Shown: positions 47,408 through 56,619 of the stretch, one piece after another
Numbering within the stretch: the first letter of the stretch is position 1
Layout of the letters: the number at the start of each line of letters is the position of its first letter
DNA from: Thermoplasmata archaeon
GTDB lineage: Archaea; Thermoplasmatota; Thermoplasmata; Lutacidiplasmatales; UBA184
Direction of reading: 5' to 3'
Length of the DNA stretch: 64,000 nucleotides
Assembly: GCA_028864975.1 (NCBI GenBank)
Contig: JAGWLG010000010.1
Span: 17,350 to 81,349 of the forward strand
Translations under genes and position numbers: made by a program
The notes under the pieces: generated by a model
Databases searched by the model: none
What the model was told of the DNA's origin: nothing
What the model saw: the letters and a program-made list of their open reading frames with translations, nothing else

Positions 47408-47934
47408 CCGTTCCGAGTTCCTCCACCCCCGCGCCTTCCGGTCCCGCTCCAGCGCTGCCACGTGCGGCGAGCCTGACCTCGTTTCTGGGCACGACACGGA
47501 CCCTGACGTGGGTGTGGGTCCTCCTCGCGGGGCTGGTGGCCTTGATCGATCTCTTGGAGATCCTCCTGACCATCTTCGCCCTTCGGTTCCCCCTGGGGGG
47601 ATTGGAAGGGCTCGCCTATGCTGTGATCTGGGGCGTCGTCGACCTGTTCATCCTGGCGAGGATCGGCGGCTGGAGGAGCGAACTGGAGCGCGGCAGGTAC
47701 GCGGCCCTCCAGGAGCCCTTCCTGCTGTGGGGGATCCTCGGGACGATCTTCGGGATCCTTCCGGGGCTGCTCCTTCTGGTCGCCTACGTCCGCGTGCTTC
47801 CGTGGTCCGATGAACCCGCGGGCTCGGCGGGGGCGTCCTCCGCGTCGCCGTCGGCGACGAACCCCCCTCCTCCACCCTACGGGGTCTCTCCTTCCGCCCC
47901 CGGCGGTGCTGCCACGAAAGCCGGGGAGAACTGA
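47404..47934 (+). CDS. Membrane protein of unknown function
   Basis: Three to four hydrophobic segments, WGILGTIFGILPGLLLLVAY. Overlaps the upstream stop. Confidence 0.7.
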   Translation: MTVPSSSTPAPSGPAPALPRAASLTSFLGTTRTLTWVWVLLAGLVALIDLLEILLTIFALRFPLGGLEGLAYAVIWGVVDLFILARIGGWRSELERGRYAALQEPFLLWGILGTIFGILPGLLLLVAYVRVLPWSDEPAGSAGASSASPSATNPPPPPYGVSPSAPGGAATKAGEN

Positions 47935-47949
47935 CCCGGAGGGGGGACG

Positions 47950-48588
47950 ATGGTCTTCGAGAAGTTCGAGAACTGGAACTTCGAGGCACCGGCGCCGGCC
48001 GAGGTCTTCCCTCAGGCCTGGAACTTCTGGTCCCAGCGAGGCTACCAGCTCCAGTCGACGGGGCCCACGTCCTTCCGAGGCCGCTCCTTCCAGTCGAAGC
48101 TCGGCATTCACCGTGTCGCCGACCTCACCATCGCGAGCTCGGGGAGCGGGACGAGCGTACAGGTCCACTTCCGCGCCGACGTGCGGGCGGACGTGGCCGC
48201 CGGCGGCGTGGTCGTGGCGGTGCTGCTCCTGCCCGTGGCGGTGGTCGGTGCGGCCATCTCCTGGCACGAGTACGAGAAGGACTGGTCCCAGGAGCGCTCC
48301 GCCTTCTGGGACTTTCTGGTCCATGCCGCGGGGGCTCGGCCGGCGGCCGGGATGGTGCCGCCGCCACCCCCCTCCTCACCGCTCTTCGCTTCCTCGCCGT
48401 CCGCCCCTGCGCCTCCGCCGAGTGTAGCGGGGCCACCTGCGAGCACCCCTGTTTCCGCGGGTGTCCCAGCTCCCTCTCCGGTTCCGAGCGTCACTCCCCC
48501 CGTCCGGTCATGTCCCGCGTGCGGAGCGCCCGCATCGGGAGAAGGAAAGTTCTGCGCGAGCTGCGCCGCCCCGATGGTCCGGGCGTGA
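47950..48588 (+). CDS. Membrane-associated protein with C-terminal zinc ribbon
   Basis: Hydrophobic hairpin, Pro-rich linker, CPAC...FCASC. GGAGG RBS. Confidence 0.78.
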   Translation: MVFEKFENWNFEAPAPAEVFPQAWNFWSQRGYQLQSTGPTSFRGRSFQSKLGIHRVADLTIASSGSGTSVQVHFRADVRADVAAGGVVVAVLLLPVAVVGAAISWHEYEKDWSQERSAFWDFLVHAAGARPAAGMVPPPPPSSPLFASSPSAPAPPPSVAGPPASTPVSAGVPAPSPVPSVTPPVRSCPACGAPASGEGKFCASCAAPMVRA

Positions 48589-48727
48589 CGTGCCTGGGGC
48601 CGCGGTCGACCGGGTTGGGCCACGAATCACGTTGGCCGGAGGATCGTGCGCTTGCGTCGCCCTCTGCCCGCGATCGAGAAGCGGAGCCGATTGGAGCTGC
48701 CCCGACCGCTATCCTAGCGGTGTCGGG

Positions 48728-48835
48728 TCACTGGCCCCGCATCCGGTGCTCGCGCATCCGCCTGCGCATGCGCTTCTTGCGCCACTTCCAGCGCATGTGG
48801 CCGCGCTTCTTCCAGACTCGTGAGCTTCGTTTCAT
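48728..48835 (-). CDS. rpl41e: Ribosomal protein eL41 (eS32), long archaeal form
   Basis: MKRSSRVWKKRGHMRWKWRKKRMRR matches the eL41 MRxKWRKKRMRR core. Own TATA (CTTATAA, 48879-48885). Confidence 0.88.
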   Translation of the reverse strand: MKRSSRVWKKRGHMRWKWRKKRMRRRMREHRMRGQ

Positions 48836-48878
48836 CCCGGGACGTCCCTCGAGAGCCCCGCGCCCTATTCTGAGGGCG

Positions 48879-49502
48879 TTATAAGGGTGGCGAAACGGCG
48901 GGTCGGTGTCTCGCACCGGAGCGCACCGACCCTCGTGCGGTACGTCGGCCCGGAGGCGTGTCGGCCCCCGTTGTCCCTCGCCGAAGATAGGCGTGGACCT
49001 CCTCCAGTACCGCTTCGAGCGGTCGTGAGGTATCCACGGTGAGGCGCGATTCTGTCCAGGCCAGGTACTCTCGTGCCATCACTTCGGACCAGGACGGCGA
49101 CGGGAGCGGCGGGGTCGGGGACCTGCGTGCCTCCACCCGCGCACGGTGGAGCGCGATGTCCGAGCACACGAGCTCGACGGTCCACCGCGGGGCGGAGAGC
49201 TCCTCCGCGAGCTCGCTCCACATCTCCCGGGCCTCCGCGACCCCGTTCACCGCGTCGATGACCACCAAGTGTCCTAAACGGAGGTGGTCCCGCGCCTGAT
49301 CTCGAACGGCGAGGTAGGCCGCGAGACCCGTCCCATGCGAGCGGGGCAATCCTGCCGCAAGCATGGCGGCTTCGACCGTATCGACGCGAAGCCAGATCGC
49401 TCCGGTGCGCTCCGCCAGCGCCCGCGCGAGCGTCGACTTGCCGGTCCCGGGCAGTCCCGCGAGCACGACGAGCCCTCGTGGGGGAGGTGGCCTGGACGCC
49501 AT
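48879..49502 (-). CDS. P-loop kinase (AAA_33-like predicted nucleotide kinase)
   Basis: GLPGTGKSTLA, LRVDTVE, VVIDAVN, HRARVEAR lid. Confidence 0.82.
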   Translation of the reverse strand: MASRPPPPRGLVVLAGLPGTGKSTLARALAERTGAIWLRVDTVEAAMLAAGLPRSHGTGLAAYLAVRDQARDHLRLGHLVVIDAVNGVAEAREMWSELAEELSAPRWTVELVCSDIALHRARVEARRSPTPPLPSPSWSEVMAREYLAWTESRLTVDTSRPLEAVLEEVHAYLRRGTTGADTPPGRRTARGSVRSGARHRPAVSPPL

Positions 49503-49582
49503 GCCATGAGGAGACCGCCCCACGGTAAGGTTCGGCTTCCCCTCTTCGGTCGGCGTCGGCACCGCCGCCTCCCTCGGACGCC

Positions 49583-50788
49583 TCACGATGGGCCCGGAGC
49601 TCGCGAGAGCCTTCGAAGCGTTTCCTCGATCTGCCCGAAGGGCACGGTGACCGCCCATCGAACGTATGCGGTTCCCGAGGGACCAAAGGCCGCACCCGGG
49701 GTGACAAGGATGCCATGCTTCGCCAAGAGCTCGTCCGCCCAGGCCGACCCGTCGCCCAAAGGCGCGTGCTGCCAGAGGTAGAGGGACCCCCGCGGGCGGG
49801 TCACGTCGTAGCCCAGAGCGCGCAGCCCCTCCGAGAGCCGACGAAGGCGCCGACCATACTCGTCAACAGAACGCTCCACTTCCGGTGGACGGGCCGCGGA
49901 CCGGTAGAGGTCCAGCGCGGCAGCGGCCGCGGCTTGGATCGGACGCGCGGCGCCCGAATCGTTCTGGCTCTTGTACTTCACGAGAGAGGCGAGGACCTCC
50001 CGGTTCCCCACCGCGAACCCGATCCTCCAGCCGGCCATGCCGAAGGTCTTGGAGAACGAATGGAACTCGATGGCGTGATCGATCGCTCCCGGGACCTGGA
50101 GGATGGAGGGGGCCGAGAACCCCTCGAACGTCACCTCACTGTAGGCGTTGTCGTAGGCGAGCCACATCCCCCGGTCGCGCGCGATATCGACCGCGGGTCT
50201 CACCTGGTCGAGCGTCGCCGTCCCGCCGGTCGGGTTGTTCGGATAGTTGAGGAACATCAGTCGTCCCTCCGTTGGGACCGAGTCCCAATCTGGTAGCCAC
50301 CCTCGGGAGGGGAGGAGAGGGAAGCTCTGCACCTCGGCATGCGCGAGGCGGGTCCCTCGAGTGTAAGGCGGATACCCCGGGTCCGGAACGAGGACCGCCT
50401 CCCCCGGATCGGCGAGCACATGCGGAAGCCCCCCGATTCCCTCCTTCGACCCCAAGAGGACTGCGACCTCCTTCTCGGGGTCCACTTTCACGTCGAACCT
50501 TCGCTCCATCCAGCGCGCGATGGCCTCCAGAAGGACGCGGTCGCCGCGGGAGGTCGGGTAGCGGTGGGACCCCTCGGCCACGAGCGCCTTTCGCGCCGCC
50601 TCCACCACCGTCGGGGGGGGCGGGAGGTCGGGGTCCCCGATCGAGAGGTTGATCGCCCTTTCCTTCCCCCGGCTCCAAGCGGCGGCCTTTCGTTCGAGCT
50701 CGGCGAACGGGTAGGGGGGGACCTCTTGAACGACCCTCGAACTCGGTCTTCGGGTCGGTCGGGGAGAGGAAGCGGTACCTGGGCTCAT
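49583..50788 (-). CDS. dapL: LL-diaminopimelate aminotransferase (class I/II PLP)
   Basis: PPYPFAEL, LGSKEG, NYPNNPTG, DNAYSE, SFSKTFGMAGWRIG. Located in the dap operon. Confidence 0.82.
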   Translation of the reverse strand: MSPGTASSPRPTRRPSSRVVQEVPPYPFAELERKAAAWSRGKERAINLSIGDPDLPPPPTVVEAARKALVAEGSHRYPTSRGDRVLLEAIARWMERRFDVKVDPEKEVAVLLGSKEGIGGLPHVLADPGEAVLVPDPGYPPYTRGTRLAHAEVQSFPLLPSRGWLPDWDSVPTEGRLMFLNYPNNPTGGTATLDQVRPAVDIARDRGMWLAYDNAYSEVTFEGFSAPSILQVPGAIDHAIEFHSFSKTFGMAGWRIGFAVGNREVLASLVKYKSQNDSGAARPIQAAAAAALDLYRSAARPPEVERSVDEYGRRLRRLSEGLRALGYDVTRPRGSLYLWQHAPLGDGSAWADELLAKHGILVTPGAAFGPSGTAYVRWAVTVPFGQIEETLRRLSRAPGPS

Positions 50789-50816
50789 CGCGAGGTCCGC
50801 GAGCGATGAGGGCGTA

Positions 50817-52175
50817 TCAACTCCCCGTCGGGCCCGCCAAGGCGCCGGGAGCCGAGGCGGCTGCACGGGATAGCTCGGAGGGCGACGGTTCCCAGACCCC
50901 GGTATGCGACCAAAGGTCCTCCAGGGTCTCGCGCCGGCGAACGAGCACGGCGTGCCCGTCGCGCACGAGCACCTCCGCGGGACGGGGACGAGTGTTGTAC
51001 TGGCTCGACATCGAGAAGCCGTAGGCCCCGGCGTTCCCGATCGCGAGAAGGTCCCCGGCGGCGAGCGCGGGAAGACGGCGGGACCGCGCAAGGACGTCCG
51101 TGTTCTCGCAGACGGGGCCGACGACATGGACCGGGCGGGCCGGCCGTTCTCCCAGCTGGGTGGCCGCGTACATCGGATGGTACGCCCCGTAGAGCGCCGG
51201 GCGGAGCAGGGTCTGCATCCCAGCGTCCACGCCCACGAAAGGGACCCGTCCCTCCTTTCGGTGGGTCACCCGCGTCAGCAGCACCGTGGTGTCCGCCATC
51301 AGGTACCTCCCGGGTTCCGTCCAGAGCTCGCAGGAGCGATCGACCGAACCCTCGAGCTCGCGCGCCACCCCCCGGGCGACCGCCTCCAGGTCCAGCGGCA
51401 GCTCGTGGGATCGGTACGGGACCCCGAGCCCTCCCCCCATGTCCAGGAAAGAAGGCGATGCCCCCGTCGCGCGTCGCAGGACCCTCGCGGAGCGGCCGAG
51501 GAACCGGGCGACGAGACGGAAGTGCTCGGGGTTCAGGATGTTCGACCCCGGCATCGTGTGCATGCCGAGCTCGTGAATGCCCGATCGCCGAGCGGTCCGA
51601 TACGCCGCGAGCGCCCGTGAGAGCTTCGTCCCGAACTTGCTCTCCCCGGAGAAGCGAAGCCCCTCGGGACCGCTCTCGGTGGGTCCCGGGTTCAGGCGAA
51701 AGGAGAGCGCGCGAGGCGTGCCGTGGGAGAGCAGACGAGGGAGGAGCGCAGGGTCGTCGAGGTTCACGGCCGTCCCCGCTCGAACGGCGAAGGCGAGCTC
51801 GTCCTCCCTTGGAAAGACGCTCGTGTAGAGGATCTTCGAAGCGGGGACCCCCGCCCGACGGGCGATCTCGATCTCCGCCGGGGAGGAACAATCGGCCCCG
51901 CACCCTTCGCTGCGAAGGGCTCGAACGATCTCGGGGTTGTTGTTCGCTTTGACGGCGTAGAGCAGGCGGAACGGCTCCCAGCTCGTCTCGAAGGCGTGGC
52001 GGAGGCGACGTGCGTTCGACCTAAGGCGTGCCTCCGAGGTCACGTAGAGCGGGGTCCCGAACCGCTCGGCAAGCTCGCGCACCGATAGCCCTTCCAGCGT
52101 GAGCTCGGCACCCTCGGCCGCGAACGGAGCGGGGAGCTCGCGCTCATCGCCCCAAGGCGAGATCGCCCTCCTCAT
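50817..52175 (-). CDS. lysA: Diaminopimelate decarboxylase
   Basis: FGTPLYV, YAVKAN, ESKFG, DMGGG, EPGRY, RPALYGAYH, GPVCENTD, GAYG. Confidence 0.95.
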   Translation of the reverse strand: MRRAISPWGDERELPAPFAAEGAELTLEGLSVRELAERFGTPLYVTSEARLRSNARRLRHAFETSWEPFRLLYAVKANNNPEIVRALRSEGCGADCSSPAEIEIARRAGVPASKILYTSVFPREDELAFAVRAGTAVNLDDPALLPRLLSHGTPRALSFRLNPGPTESGPEGLRFSGESKFGTKLSRALAAYRTARRSGIHELGMHTMPGSNILNPEHFRLVARFLGRSARVLRRATGASPSFLDMGGGLGVPYRSHELPLDLEAVARGVARELEGSVDRSCELWTEPGRYLMADTTVLLTRVTHRKEGRVPFVGVDAGMQTLLRPALYGAYHPMYAATQLGERPARPVHVVGPVCENTDVLARSRRLPALAAGDLLAIGNAGAYGFSMSSQYNTRPRPAEVLVRDGHAVLVRRRETLEDLWSHTGVWEPSPSELSRAAASAPGALAGPTGS

Positions 52176-53389
52176 GGGGCCCCCTTCACGGCAGGGGGTC
52201 CGCGCCGGGGAGCGAGGAACGCTTGTTCCACGTCGGAGACGAACAGGTGGAGCTCCCCCCGACCCCGCGTCGCCCCCACGAGCTCGGAGGAGGGCCCGAG
52301 GGCAGCTTCGGAGGGCGGACCCTCCCCCCCTCCGAGGGGAAGGGAGAGCCGCGACAGCCCTCGTCGTGCGACCACGGTCCGGAACGCTCCCGAGGCGTGG
52401 AGCAAGTGCTGGAACTCCGGGGCACGCTCCTCATCGACGAAGACGGTAACCAGACCGGGAACGGCGGAGAGACCATACCATCCTTCGGACGGGAGCGCTT
52501 GGCGAACGGCTTCCAGGCCCTCGGCCCCCTCCGACTCCAAGGCGCTCACCGCCGCAAGCCGGGCCGAGCCAGGGCCCGAGCGCTCGCCTCGCTCCAGCGG
52601 CGGCGCACACCTTCGAGCCGATACCAGGGTGCCGATGGGCGCCCCGAGCGATGCGCCGAACGGGAGCACCCGCAGGAGGAGGCCGGGGGCGAGGAGCCGG
52701 GCCGCCTCGGGAGCTACCACCGGACTCCCGGCCTCGGCCATCTCTAGGAGGTCCTCGGAGGAGACTTCCGGAAGGGTCCGGGCTTCGGGCACGTTACCTG
52801 GGTCGGCGTCAAGGACACCGGGGACCTCCTTGACCAGCAGGACCTCCGGCGCTCCCAGGAGCCGCCCCAAGGCGATGGCGCTCGTGTCGCTCCCGCCTCG
52901 GGCGAGGGTCGTGACGCGCCCGTCCTGTCGCCCGACGAAGCCACAAACGACCACGATGGTCTCCTCGAGCAATTGGGAGAGGTCGCCGGCACTCTCGCGG
53001 CTCGCCTCCAGGTCCACCGTCGCCCCGAGCGGTCCCCCGCGGGTGACGATCGGCCACTCGGCGTCCTCCGGCTCCAGGGCCCGCGCCCGGGCCCCGTGGG
53101 AGCGAAGGACGCTGGTGAGCAATCGTGCGCTCATGCGCTCCCCGAGGGAAAGGAGCCTGGCGACCTCCCACGCGTCGAGCGGGAGGGCGACGCCGCGCAC
53201 CCGAGAGAGCAGCTGATCGGTCTCGTCCCCCGGGGCGCTCACGACGACGAGCTTCCGACGGAGCGGGGCGGAGAGGACGAGCTCGGCCGCCCGCGCGACG
53301 TTCTCTCCCGTGGCGAGGATCGAACCCCCGAACTTCACGATGAGAAGGTCGTCCTCCGGGCGGTAGGGCCCGGACGCGGGGGCCGTCAT
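52172..53389 (-). CDS. lysC: Aspartate kinase
   Basis: VKFGGS, VVVSA, GERMSA, TTLARGGSDTSA, GVLDADP, degenerate ACT-like C-terminus. Confidence 0.85.
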   Translation of the reverse strand: MTAPASGPYRPEDDLLIVKFGGSILATGENVARAAELVLSAPLRRKLVVVSAPGDETDQLLSRVRGVALPLDAWEVARLLSLGERMSARLLTSVLRSHGARARALEPEDAEWPIVTRGGPLGATVDLEASRESAGDLSQLLEETIVVVCGFVGRQDGRVTTLARGGSDTSAIALGRLLGAPEVLLVKEVPGVLDADPGNVPEARTLPEVSSEDLLEMAEAGSPVVAPEAARLLAPGLLLRVLPFGASLGAPIGTLVSARRCAPPLERGERSGPGSARLAAVSALESEGAEGLEAVRQALPSEGWYGLSAVPGLVTVFVDEERAPEFQHLLHASGAFRTVVARRGLSRLSLPLGGGEGPPSEAALGPSSELVGATRGRGELHLFVSDVEQAFLAPRRGPPAVKGAP

Positions 53390-54285
53390 GGTCGCGGGTC
53401 GGCAGTCGGAGCGCTCCGCCTCGAAGCGAGAACGTCCTCGAGCCCGTAGCGCCCCGGCGCCCTTGGCCCTGAGAGGGGGGCATGGAGCCAGCGGGCCGCC
53501 TCCAGAATCCCGTCCGCGAAGGCCTCCCGACCGAAGGCGACGTGCTCGAACCGCAGCACTTCGTGATAGCCCGCGACCTGGAGGGTGTGGATCCCCGGCA
53601 CGTCGCCAGCGCGCAGGGACGCGATCTCCACGCAGCCGTCATGGCGCTCACCGGTCGCGGGCGCCCAACCTCGAACACCCGAGGGCGCGAGGGCCGCGGC
53701 AAGGGTGCGGGCCGTCCCCGAAGGACAGTCCCTCTTCCCGCGCCGATGGGTCTCGGTGATGGAAAGGTCGTACGCTTCCGGGAGCGGCCCGAGGGAGGAG
53801 GCCGCCCGGAACAAGAGATGCGCCCCCACCGAGAAGTTGCTGTCGACCACCAGGGGGACGACCTGAGCGATGAGGTCGAGGGCCTCCTCCGCCGGAGTTC
53901 CCTCGAGCCCCGTGGTGGCGATCACCGCGGGGATCCGACGGCTCGCGACGGCGGGGAGATTGGTCGCTTCCGCGGCGGGAGTGGCGGCGCTCACGAAGAG
54001 GTCGGCGCGCTCGAGCGCATGAGTGAGCTCGGAGGGGGGTAGGAGGGGAAGCTGCGAAGAGCCTGGCCCCCATCGGTCCACCGGGGCCCTCGTCGAACCG
54101 GCGCGGGGCCCGGTGATGACCGCGGTGACCGGGAACCCCGCGCCCAATGCACTCCGAACGAGGGCGGACCCGAGCCTTCCGGTCCCTCCCGCGATGACAA
54201 GGCGGGGCAGGGGCTGAGGGGGCGGTGCCGGGGCAGAAGCGAGTGGCGCCGACCTCAAGGTCGCCTCGAGCTCAGTAGCGCTCAT
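53386..54285 (-). CDS. dapB: 4-hydroxy-tetrahydrodipicolinate reductase
   Basis: GGTGRLG, ATTG, SNFSVG, ETHRRGKRDCPSGTA, SLRAG...GIH. Confidence 0.9.
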   Translation of the reverse strand: MSATELEATLRSAPLASAPAPPPQPLPRLVIAGGTGRLGSALVRSALGAGFPVTAVITGPRAGSTRAPVDRWGPGSSQLPLLPPSELTHALERADLFVSAATPAAEATNLPAVASRRIPAVIATTGLEGTPAEEALDLIAQVVPLVVDSNFSVGAHLLFRAASSLGPLPEAYDLSITETHRRGKRDCPSGTARTLAAALAPSGVRGWAPATGERHDGCVEIASLRAGDVPGIHTLQVAGYHEVLRFEHVAFGREAFADGILEAARWLHAPLSGPRAPGRYGLEDVLASRRSAPTADPRP

Positions 54286-55315
54286 AGGCCACTCCACGCC
54301 ACGGGCCAGGGCTCGCGAGGCGTTCTGCCACACTCACACCAAAGTGTCGCTCGATGGGAGAGAAGATTTCGGGGTCGCGTCCCCGCGCCTCCCGCAGCGA
54401 CCCTACGAGCCGCTCCAGCCCGAGCGGGGTCAGGCGTCCCAGCGGAGCGCGGCAGAGGCCCCCGGGCAGCCCGAGGACGGCGAGCGCGGCCTTGACGGGC
54501 ACCGGGTTGCGGCTCACGACGGGGACCTCGCCTCGTGGGGTCGGCTCCTGAACGCGGATCGTCACGTTCTGGAAGAGCGGCTCGAGGGCCTGGGCCGCTC
54601 GCTCCGCCCGCTCCCATGCCCCGTCAAGGGCTGCGTCGACGAAAGCCCGAACGCTGAAGGGGGCGAGGTTCGACGCGACGGAGACCACTCCGTCCGCGGC
54701 GGACGCGGGGTTGCGCATCATGGAAAGGGTCCGAGCATCGTCCCCCGAGAGGAGGGAGAACGGGCGTGGGAGGAGCGAGCGGACCCCGCGAGAGTACGTG
54801 TCGTCCCCGCAGGCATCCTTGAGCGCGGAGACGTTCGCGTGCTCCTCGTGGAGCAGCGCGAGGTCGATCGGGTGCATCCGGGTCCCGGTCCTTGCCGGGA
54901 TGCTGTAGACCAGGAACTGCAGGTCGGGGAACTGGGAAGCGAGCGGTCCTAGGAACTCACGACGCACCTCGGGAGAGCTCGGAGCGTTGTAGTAGGGTTC
55001 GACGACCATCGCGTCCTGGACCCCCGCCTCTCTCGCGAACCGGGCCAACCCGCACGTCTCCTCGAGGCTGTTCTTCCCGACGCCCATGACCACCCGAACT
55101 CGGGAGGGGAGCTCTTCGAGCGCCAGCCGGACCAGGCGCTCGAGCTCGCCGTGGGAGAGCGTAGGGGACTCGCCCGTGGTCCCCCCGAGCACCACGCCGT
55201 CGACCCGGGCCTTCGCCTGGAAGGAAAGCAGGCTTCGCGTTCCTTCCCAGTCGATCTCGCCCCGGCCACGTGTGGGCGTCACGAGCGCCGTGAACACCCC
55301 GCGCATCGGCTGCAT
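54272..55315 (-). CDS. dapA: 4-hydroxy-tetrahydrodipicolinate synthase
   Basis: TALVTP, GTTGESPTL, PYYN, YSIPARTG, ALKDA (Schiff-base Lys), SGDD, NPVPVK. Confidence 0.93.
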   Translation of the reverse strand: MQPMRGVFTALVTPTRGRGEIDWEGTRSLLSFQAKARVDGVVLGGTTGESPTLSHGELERLVRLALEELPSRVRVVMGVGKNSLEETCGLARFAREAGVQDAMVVEPYYNAPSSPEVRREFLGPLASQFPDLQFLVYSIPARTGTRMHPIDLALLHEEHANVSALKDACGDDTYSRGVRSLLPRPFSLLSGDDARTLSMMRNPASAADGVVSVASNLAPFSVRAFVDAALDGAWERAERAAQALEPLFQNVTIRVQEPTPRGEVPVVSRNPVPVKAALAVLGLPGGLCRAPLGRLTPLGLERLVGSLREARGRDPEIFSPIERHFGVSVAERLASPGPWRGVAYERY

Positions 55316-55340
55316 GGGCGCGCCCACACGGAAGCGCGCA

Positions 55341-55382
55341 GATAAGGGTTTCTCGATTTTCGGCTTAGTTCAACGATTTTCG
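55341..55382 (-). promoter_or_regulatory. dap operon promoter with two CGAAAATCG boxes upstream of BRE/TATA
   Basis: TATA-like CTTATC at 55341-55346. Identical semi-palindromic 9-mers at 55354-55362 and 55374-55382. Confidence 0.6.
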
Positions 55383-55391
55383 TCTATTCCG

Positions 55392-55463
55392 TCAGGGGAG
55401 TGGCCTCCCCTTCATCGTCGGGCCGGCAACCGCGAGCCATGCGCTCGTATCGACAAGGTTCAC
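55392..55463 (-). pseudogene. VapC/PIN toxin remnant
   Basis: GTG overlaps the antitoxin stop (GTGA). Translates as MNLVDTSAWLAVAG..., the PIN N-terminal motif, then stops after 23 aa. Confidence 0.7.
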
Positions 55464-55711
55464 CGTCGAACCGGGTAGAGGTGCTTGTCGTGGTCCCGGC
55501 TGGTCCAGTGCTTGGGGCCCTTCCCCTTCTTCAGGGGGAAGATCTCGAAGAGAGGATCGCTCGGGACGAACCTGTCGGGAAAGAGGTAGGTATGGAGCGC
55601 CTCCCGGATGACCTCCTGGAGTGTCCGCCGTTCTCTCCGGGCCCGCTCCTTGAGCGCATCATACTCTGCATCGGGGACGCGCGTCCGAACTAGCTTCATG
55701 TAATCTGTCAT
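55460..55711 (-). CDS. Ribbon-helix-helix (CopG/VapB-like) antitoxin
   Basis: MKLVRTRVPDAEYDALKERARRERRTLQEVIREAL RHH, then DPLF and SRDHDKHLY, a typical VapB C-terminus. Confidence 0.82.
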   Translation of the reverse strand: MTDYMKLVRTRVPDAEYDALKERARRERRTLQEVIREALHTYLFPDRFVPSDPLFEIFPLKKGKGPKHWTSRDHDKHLYPVRR

Positions 55712-55802
55712 CGGTGTTCGACTATGAGTGCCCCTCGGGCCAACCCACGGCGACCCGTGCGGGATCGCGCGTCCCCCAAGCGAGGCGAGGAGCAAGCCAC
55801 CG

Positions 55803-56510
55803 ATGAGCGAGCTTCCCGGCCGCCTCGCCTGCTGGAACATCGAATTGGAGTACGGGGTCGCCTCTGACGGGACGCTCTTCGCTCTCTCGGGCAAGTCCGA
55901 TGACGAGCTCCCCCTCCTCGTCGTCCTACGCTACGACGGCGGACACCTTCTCTTCTTCCATCCGAAGGTCCCGCGCCTCGCGCGACTTCGGCTCGACGAG
56001 CTGGGGGAGGAGGCCGTGCTGGAGCATCCCGAGAATATCGTGGACGTTCTGCGGGAGAACCGGGTCGCGGGCCCGCGGGTCGTTGCAAGCCCGTTCTACG
56101 AAGGCCTTCATTTCGCGGTGGCACCCACGCCGCTCGAGAGTCCCGAGGTCGTGGAGGAACGTGGCAGCTTCCGGGTGCTCCGCGACGGCCGCGCTGTGAC
56201 GAAGGCGTGGACGGTGCGGGAGAACGCCTGGGCGGCCGAGGTCGCTGTCGAGACACTACCGGACTTCCGTCGCCAAGGGCTGGCCCGCCAGGTCACCGCC
56301 GCGTGGGGGCATCGAGTCCTGGCCTCGGGGCGAGTGGCCTTCTTTTCTCACAGACGTGATGACTTCGCCTCGGCCGCCCTCGCGCGGAGCCTTGGGCTGA
56401 GCCACTACGCGACCACTCGGGAGTACTCCAACCATGCGACGGATCGACCCGACGGGCAGTCGGCACACCTTGGGGGGAGTCGACGTGAAGTGCCCTTCCT
56501 CGGGCAGTGA
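55803..56510 (+). CDS. GNAT family N-acetyltransferase
   Basis: VETLPDFRRQGLA acetyl-CoA motif and ASAALARSLG. Confidence 0.85.
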   Translation: MSELPGRLACWNIELEYGVASDGTLFALSGKSDDELPLLVVLRYDGGHLLFFHPKVPRLARLRLDELGEEAVLEHPENIVDVLRENRVAGPRVVASPFYEGLHFAVAPTPLESPEVVEERGSFRVLRDGRAVTKAWTVRENAWAAEVAVETLPDFRRQGLARQVTAAWGHRVLASGRVAFFSHRRDDFASAALARSLGLSHYATTREYSNHATDRPDGQSAHLGGSRREVPFLGQ

Positions 56511-56619
56511 ACCCGCAGGGTAGGCGACTGAGCGCGACCTCCGGGGCCCGCACGCCTCCGAAGGAAAGCGCGCCCGCCTCGGGGCGTCCATATGGGTGGG
56601 CATGCTCATGTTACGAACG

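Noticed and set aside
55803-56510. GNAT as the toxin of a GNAT-RHH toxin-antitoxin pair
   Set aside because: It is divergent from one RHH and ~110 bp upstream of the other. Both RHH genes have VapB-type tails and PIN stubs, so VapC was the more likely partner.
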